From the NCBI GenBank assembly GCA_964539975.1, contig CAZIKK010000002.1:129282-193281 (forward strand): a DNA stretch of 64,000 nt. Reading direction: 5' to 3'. The translations under genes were made by a program, and so were the position numbers. This document shows positions 59,929 to 64,000 of the stretch, piece by piece. The notes beneath the pieces were generated by a model that did no database searches, was not told the DNA's origin, and saw nothing but the letters and a program-made list of their open reading frames with translations. The stretch is from an uncultured Clostridia bacterium. GTDB taxonomy: Bacteria; Bacillota; Clostridia; Tissierellales; Dethiosulfatibacteraceae. Position 1 is the first letter of the stretch; each line of letters opens with the position of its first letter.

Positions 59929-60822
59929 TTACCAACTCTTATAGCCTAATTCTCTTAACATTTTTTCATTGTCTCTCCAGTTTTCACTAACTTTTACCCA
60001 AAGATTCAAATATACTTTGGACCCAAGCAATCTTTCTATGTCTTGTCTAGATCGCTTCCCAATTTCTTGAAGCTTCATTCCACTTTTACCAATAATCATT
60101 CCTTTGTGTGTTTTTTTCTCACACAGGATAACACCATAGACGTCTATCATTTCCTTATTGCTTCTTTTTTCTATCTTTTCAATCAATATACCTATCCCAT
60201 GAGGAATTTCATCATGAAGTAATTGCATGCTCTTTTCTCTGATGATTTCTGAAATCACAAACCATTCTGGCCTATCTGTCATATAATCTTCAGGGAAATA
60301 TAGCGGTCCTTCTGGCAATTGATCCTTAATGAAGTTTTTGACTTGCTCCAAGTTTTTTCCTGAAGTGGCTGAAATTCGAATGACACTATCAAAAATACCC
60401 ATTTCCTCAAGTTCAATTTCCACAGCTTCGTTATCTTTATATATGTCTGATTTGTTGATTAGCGCAATTTTAGGTGTCTTGATTCCTTTTATTAAATCGA
60501 TGATGTACTTATCTCCCGGTCCTAATTTATTTTTTCCATCGGTCATAAAGACAAGTGTATCCATCTCTTGCATCGCTTCTGAAATCTCAGAGCTCATAAA
60601 TTTACTCAACTTGTTTTTCCCTTTATGGATCCCCGGTGTGTCGATGAATATGATTTGTGCTTTATCATCTGTGTATACTGCTTTTATCTTATTTCTTGTG
60701 GTCTGAGGCTTGTCTGACATAATCAACACTTTTTCACCTATTAATTGGTTTATTAATGTTGATTTTCCGACATTTGGTCTGCCAACGACTGTCACAAATC
60801 CTGATCTAAAATCATTTTTCAT
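59929..60822 (-). CDS. era: GTPase Era
   Basis: G1 GRPNVGKST, G3 DTPG, G4 NKSD, C-terminal KH domain (IIGKSGMKLQEIG). Confidence 0.97.
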   Translation of the reverse strand: MKNDFRSGFVTVVGRPNVGKSTLINQLIGEKVLIMSDKPQTTRNKIKAVYTDDKAQIIFIDTPGIHKGKNKLSKFMSSEISEAMQEMDTLVFMTDGKNKLGPGDKYIIDLIKGIKTPKIALINKSDIYKDNEAVEIELEEMGIFDSVIRISATSGKNLEQVKNFIKDQLPEGPLYFPEDYMTDRPEWFVISEIIREKSMQLLHDEIPHGIGILIEKIEKRSNKEMIDVYGVILCEKKTHKGMIIGKSGMKLQEIGKRSRQDIERLLGSKVYLNLWVKVSENWRDNEKMLRELGYKSW

Positions 60823-61211
60823 TTGATTGCCTCCGGTCCAAAACTATAAGGTAGTAGTTCTTTAAGGGTATGTACTTTGTATTGCGATGGACTAATCCCA
60901 ACAATAACCCTTATGTTTTCTCCGAATTCTCTTATAAATTGTCTGCATACACCACATGGATAAGATATCTTGCTTAGACTTCCTACAATCGCTATCGTCT
61001 CAATGTTCCCATAACCCTCCGATATCGCTTTGCTAATGGCCACTCTTTCTGCACATATAGTCGGTGAATATGATACGGATTCTATGTTGCATCCAGTAAA
61101 TAATTTGCCTTCTTTGGTTAACACTACTGCACCCACTTTAAATTTTGAGTATGGTGTATATGCCTTGTCTCTCACTTCAATTGCCAGTTCTATCAAACTT
61201 GCATCCGTCAT
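60819..61211 (-). CDS. cdd: cytidine deaminase
   Basis: Zn ligands CAERVAI and PCGVCRQ; 130 aa homotetrameric type. Confidence 0.95.
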   Translation of the reverse strand: MTDASLIELAIEVRDKAYTPYSKFKVGAVVLTKEGKLFTGCNIESVSYSPTICAERVAISKAISEGYGNIETIAIVGSLSKISYPCGVCRQFIREFGENIRVIVGISPSQYKVHTLKELLPYSFGPEAIK

Positions 61212-62287
61212 TGTTCATCTCCTATCTCTATTACTGTGTTCTGTGACACAATCTGAACCCAGGTTTTGCCGGGGTTTAGAACAAGCGCCTTTCCTGTTTC
61301 ATCGTAGTATGCCGTTTTTTCACGGATAGATGATTTTTCCCAAGTGATTTCCATTACTTCACCCCCAGTGACATAATAGCCTTCACCCGTTGAGAGTGTA
61401 TCTAAAGACAGTCTTCCCACGCTATCTAGTACGCGTTTATTGACTTTTTGAATGATGATGTTAGTCACTGTTACAGCCGATTCATCTAACTCATCCATAT
61501 GTTCTTTCCCATTCACAAATCGTCTATAAGTTCTTAGTAATTCATCATAGTCATAAGACACATGGTATTCACTGTTATAATAAATAGCAAAGCTTAGACA
61601 TGTTACTGTCTCTTGGCATTCATCCATAGGTGTGAAGTCCTCATGAAATTGCCAACTTTCATAGTTTCCTTCTTGTCTAAAGTTCATGTAGGATTGTGCT
61701 TCTCTTAAGTTGTCCATCGCAGTATACATATTATTGGGAGCTTCTTTTCCTGTGTCATAATACCTCCAGAATTCCCCACTGGTCATACCACTAATATTTG
61801 CCATGTTGTAATCTCTAATTTTAATCAGAGCTTCATCGCTCCCACCTACATGGACAAACACAGCGTCAAATTCCAAAGCAAACTCTAAAAAATAGGGTCT
61901 TGCACTTCTAACTGGTCCAATGTGTTCTGGTGATTCAGTCAGATATATGGCTAAGTAACGTGTATATGGTCCTTCCACTTCGCACTCATAAACAATTTCA
62001 GCTTGTTGAATACCTGCCTGCCATCTTGAAGCTGGGTGATTATCAAGCACGACTGCTATAGGTCGAACACTCGTTGCTTCTTCTGGATAATATATGCCGC
62101 TTATGGGAGAAGGTACGCCAATTTTTTCAATAACCTCTTCCTCATTGGGGTCATCCAGTTCTATGTGCTCATCTTCATTTATTTCTTCATCCACTATAAT
62201 TTCTGGCATTTGTTCCGGTTCATTTTGTTGGTTCCCACAACCAATTGTCAACAGTAACAACAGAATTAATCCCAGTTTTCTCATCAT
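61208..62287 (-). CDS. lipoprotein of unknown function (DUF3048/YerB-like)
   Basis: Lipobox LLTIGC, an acidic linker, then RPIAVVLDNHPASRWQAGIQQAEIVYECEVEGPYTRYLAIY...GPVRSARPYF, which I recall as DUF3048 blocks (not HMM-verified). Confidence 0.75.
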   Translation of the reverse strand: MMRKLGLILLLLLTIGCGNQQNEPEQMPEIIVDEEINEDEHIELDDPNEEEVIEKIGVPSPISGIYYPEEATSVRPIAVVLDNHPASRWQAGIQQAEIVYECEVEGPYTRYLAIYLTESPEHIGPVRSARPYFLEFALEFDAVFVHVGGSDEALIKIRDYNMANISGMTSGEFWRYYDTGKEAPNNMYTAMDNLREAQSYMNFRQEGNYESWQFHEDFTPMDECQETVTCLSFAIYYNSEYHVSYDYDELLRTYRRFVNGKEHMDELDESAVTVTNIIIQKVNKRVLDSVGRLSLDTLSTGEGYYVTGGEVMEITWEKSSIREKTAYYDETGKALVLNPGKTWVQIVSQNTVIEIGDEQ

Positions 62288-62296
62288 CTGCTCCTT

Positions 62297-62752
62297 TCAC
62301 TGTCTGAACAACCCCAACTGTTTCATAATTTCTTTCTCAAGGAGCCTCATTTCCAATTTTTCATCACTTTCTATGTGATCATAGCCAAAAAGGTGAAGTA
62401 AAGAATGAACGTACAGGTAGACCAATTCTCTCTCTTCAGTGTGTCCGAGCTCCTTTGCTTGATGTTTCATCACGTCTACTGCAATAACCACATCTCCTAA
62501 TAATATGCTATTGTCTTCAAAGTGTGGCAAATCATCCATAGGAAATGAAAGTACATCTGTTATTTGGTCCACTCCTCGATAATCTCTGTTTAACTCTTTT
62601 ATTTCTTCATTTTCAACAAAAGAGACACTGATCTCATAATGACCTGTTTTTTCTAAGTGCTCGAGTGTCGTTATTGTCGCTTCTTTCATCATTTGTTCCA
62701 TCTTTTCGTCTGTCTTAAAGCCTTTTTTTCTTATATCAATCAATATTTCCAC
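62297..62752 (-). CDS. ybeY: rRNA maturation endoribonuclease YbeY
   Basis: Metal site HSLLHLFGYDH; 151 aa. Confidence 0.96.
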   Translation of the reverse strand: MEILIDIRKKGFKTDEKMEQMMKEATITTLEHLEKTGHYEISVSFVENEEIKELNRDYRGVDQITDVLSFPMDDLPHFEDNSILLGDVVIAVDVMKHQAKELGHTEERELVYLYVHSLLHLFGYDHIESDEKLEMRLLEKEIMKQLGLFRQ

Positions 62753-63728
62753 TTAAGTCTGTTTTCCTTTCTTGTTTTTCAAATGTTTCGTAAGCTCTAA
62801 TAATGTCCTGTACCAATTTATGTCTCACCACATCTTTTTTGTCAAAGTACATGAAGCCTATTCCATCTACTTGCTTCAATATTCTCTCAACTTGTTTAAG
62901 TCCAGACTTTTTTCCTGAAGGCAAATCTATTTGTGTTACATCACCAGTTACAACAGATTTTGAGCCATACCCTAACCTTGTCAAAAACATTTTCATTTGT
63001 TCCTTCGTTGTATTTTGTGCTTCATCTAGTATTATGAAAGCTGAGTCAATTGTCCTCCCTCTCATATAAGCTAAAGGAGCCACTTCAATAAGTCCTCTTT
63101 CAAGATTTTTCAAGTAATTATCTGCCCCCATGATTTCAAAAAGCGCATCGTATAGGGGTCTGAGATAAGGATCCACCTTATCTTGCAAATCTCCAGGCAA
63201 AAAACCTAGTTTCTCTCCCGCTTCAACCGCTGGTCTTGTTAAGATAATCCTTTCAACTTCTTTTTTCCTAAAAGCATCAACCGCCATAGCTACTGCCAAG
63301 TAAGTTTTCCCTGTCCCTGCAGGCCCAATCCCAAAAACAATGTCATTGTTTTTGATATTGTCTATGTATATTTTTTGGCCCACTGTTTTAGGCTTAATCA
63401 TTTTTCCTGTGGCCGTAACTGTCACAATTTCATCCAAATAGTAACGTATTCTTTCTTTGTTTCCTTCGGCATAATGCTTGATTAAATCATTGAACAAAAA
63501 TTCTGACAATCCCTTCTTGTCAGAATAACTTCTAATCATCTCGTTCAGTAATTTTTCAACAGTTTGAACATCTTCCTTAAATCCAATGATTTTTAATTCG
63601 TTATCTCTTGTTAAGACATCTACTTTGAACAGTTCTTTTATTTGACTAAGGTTTCTATCCATTTGTCCGAATATTTCTGCAGTAACTCCATTATTTTCTA
63701 TGCTTATTTGTTTTTCGTATTGATTCAT
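62736..63728 (-). CDS. phoH: PhoH-family ATPase (YbeZ-like)
   Basis: N-terminal KH-like region, Walker A GPAGTGKTYLAVA, Walker B ILDEAQN. Confidence 0.95.
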   Translation of the reverse strand: MNQYEKQISIENNGVTAEIFGQMDRNLSQIKELFKVDVLTRDNELKIIGFKEDVQTVEKLLNEMIRSYSDKKGLSEFLFNDLIKHYAEGNKERIRYYLDEIVTVTATGKMIKPKTVGQKIYIDNIKNNDIVFGIGPAGTGKTYLAVAMAVDAFRKKEVERIILTRPAVEAGEKLGFLPGDLQDKVDPYLRPLYDALFEIMGADNYLKNLERGLIEVAPLAYMRGRTIDSAFIILDEAQNTTKEQMKMFLTRLGYGSKSVVTGDVTQIDLPSGKKSGLKQVERILKQVDGIGFMYFDKKDVVRHKLVQDIIRAYETFEKQERKTDLSGNID

Positions 63729-63850
63729 CCAATCTCCTATATCACCAATCTATTGCTTGGAATAATCATATCACAACTTTATTCATAATTCTATATAAAC
63801 AAATTGTTAAAGCTGGCAACATTTGATAGAATATTTTTGGAGGTGATTAC

Positions 63851-64000
63851 ATGACTGTACATATTGGTGCAAAAAAAGGAGACATTGCTGAAACAATTCT
63901 ATTGCCTGGTGATCCAATGCGTGCTAAGTTTGTTGCTGAAAATTTTTTAGATGATTTTTTCTGCTACAATGAAGTTCGTGGGATGTATGGTTTCACAGGC
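63851..64000 (+). CDS. deoD: purine nucleoside phosphorylase DeoD-type, first 50 codons (continues beyond the window)
   Basis: My translation from ATG 63851 (GGAGGTG 6 nt upstream) gives [57 protein letters not shown]-17-TAGAAT promoter candidate lies at 63804-63832. Confidence 0.88.
   Translation, partial: MTVHIGAKKGDIAETILLPGDPMRAKFVAENFLDDFFCYNEVRGMYGFTG

Overview
This is an AT-rich (roughly one-third G+C by eye) chromosomal segment of a low-GC Firmicute, probably Clostridia-like. It consists almost entirely of core housekeeping genes, and about 55 of 63 CDS lie on the minus strand.

Contents in coordinate order:
- An OmpR-type two-component pair; the kinase is cut by the window edge.
- nrdR.
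- A dcw division/cell-wall cluster: mraZ-rsmH-ftsL-pbp-murE-mraY-murD-ftsW-murG-ftsQ-DUF881x2-sbp-ftsZ. It contains no murF and no ftsA.
- lgt.
- pheST behind a Phe T-box.
- trkH-trkA plus a SpoU-type RNA methyltransferase.
- infC-rpmI-rplT; infC starts at ATT, behind a structured leader.
- ftsEX plus a coiled-coil M23 peptidase.
- A seven-gene, translationally coupled tagA/csaB glycan locus (pyruvylated secondary cell wall polymer type) containing two DUF4330-like paralogs.
- An orphan secreted protein.
- An AcpS-NAD(P)HX dehydratase fusion.
- upp, metF-metH, aspartate kinase and dxs.
- groESL with a perfect CIRCE operator.
- ogg, rex, an ABC-F ATPase and a crotonase.
- A type-A RNase P RNA.
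- nif3-trmK-sigA-dnaG-dgt.
- A PDRP/CcpN-like pair.
- glyQS behind a Gly T-box.
- recO-era-cdd-DUF3048-ybeY-phoH.
- The start of deoD.

I saw no rRNA, tRNA, CRISPR array, transposase, integrase, phage or defence-type genes.

I do not see a convincing novel multi-gene system. The best candidates for unexplained biology are:
- the DUF4330-like pair inside the glycan operon;
- the AcpS-NnrD fusion;
- the orphan secreted protein at 34148-34711;
- MurE with DNPV in place of the DNPR motif;
- phased GTGGT repeats over the mraZ promoter.

All calls come from reading the translations and the DNA by eye. No database search was run.
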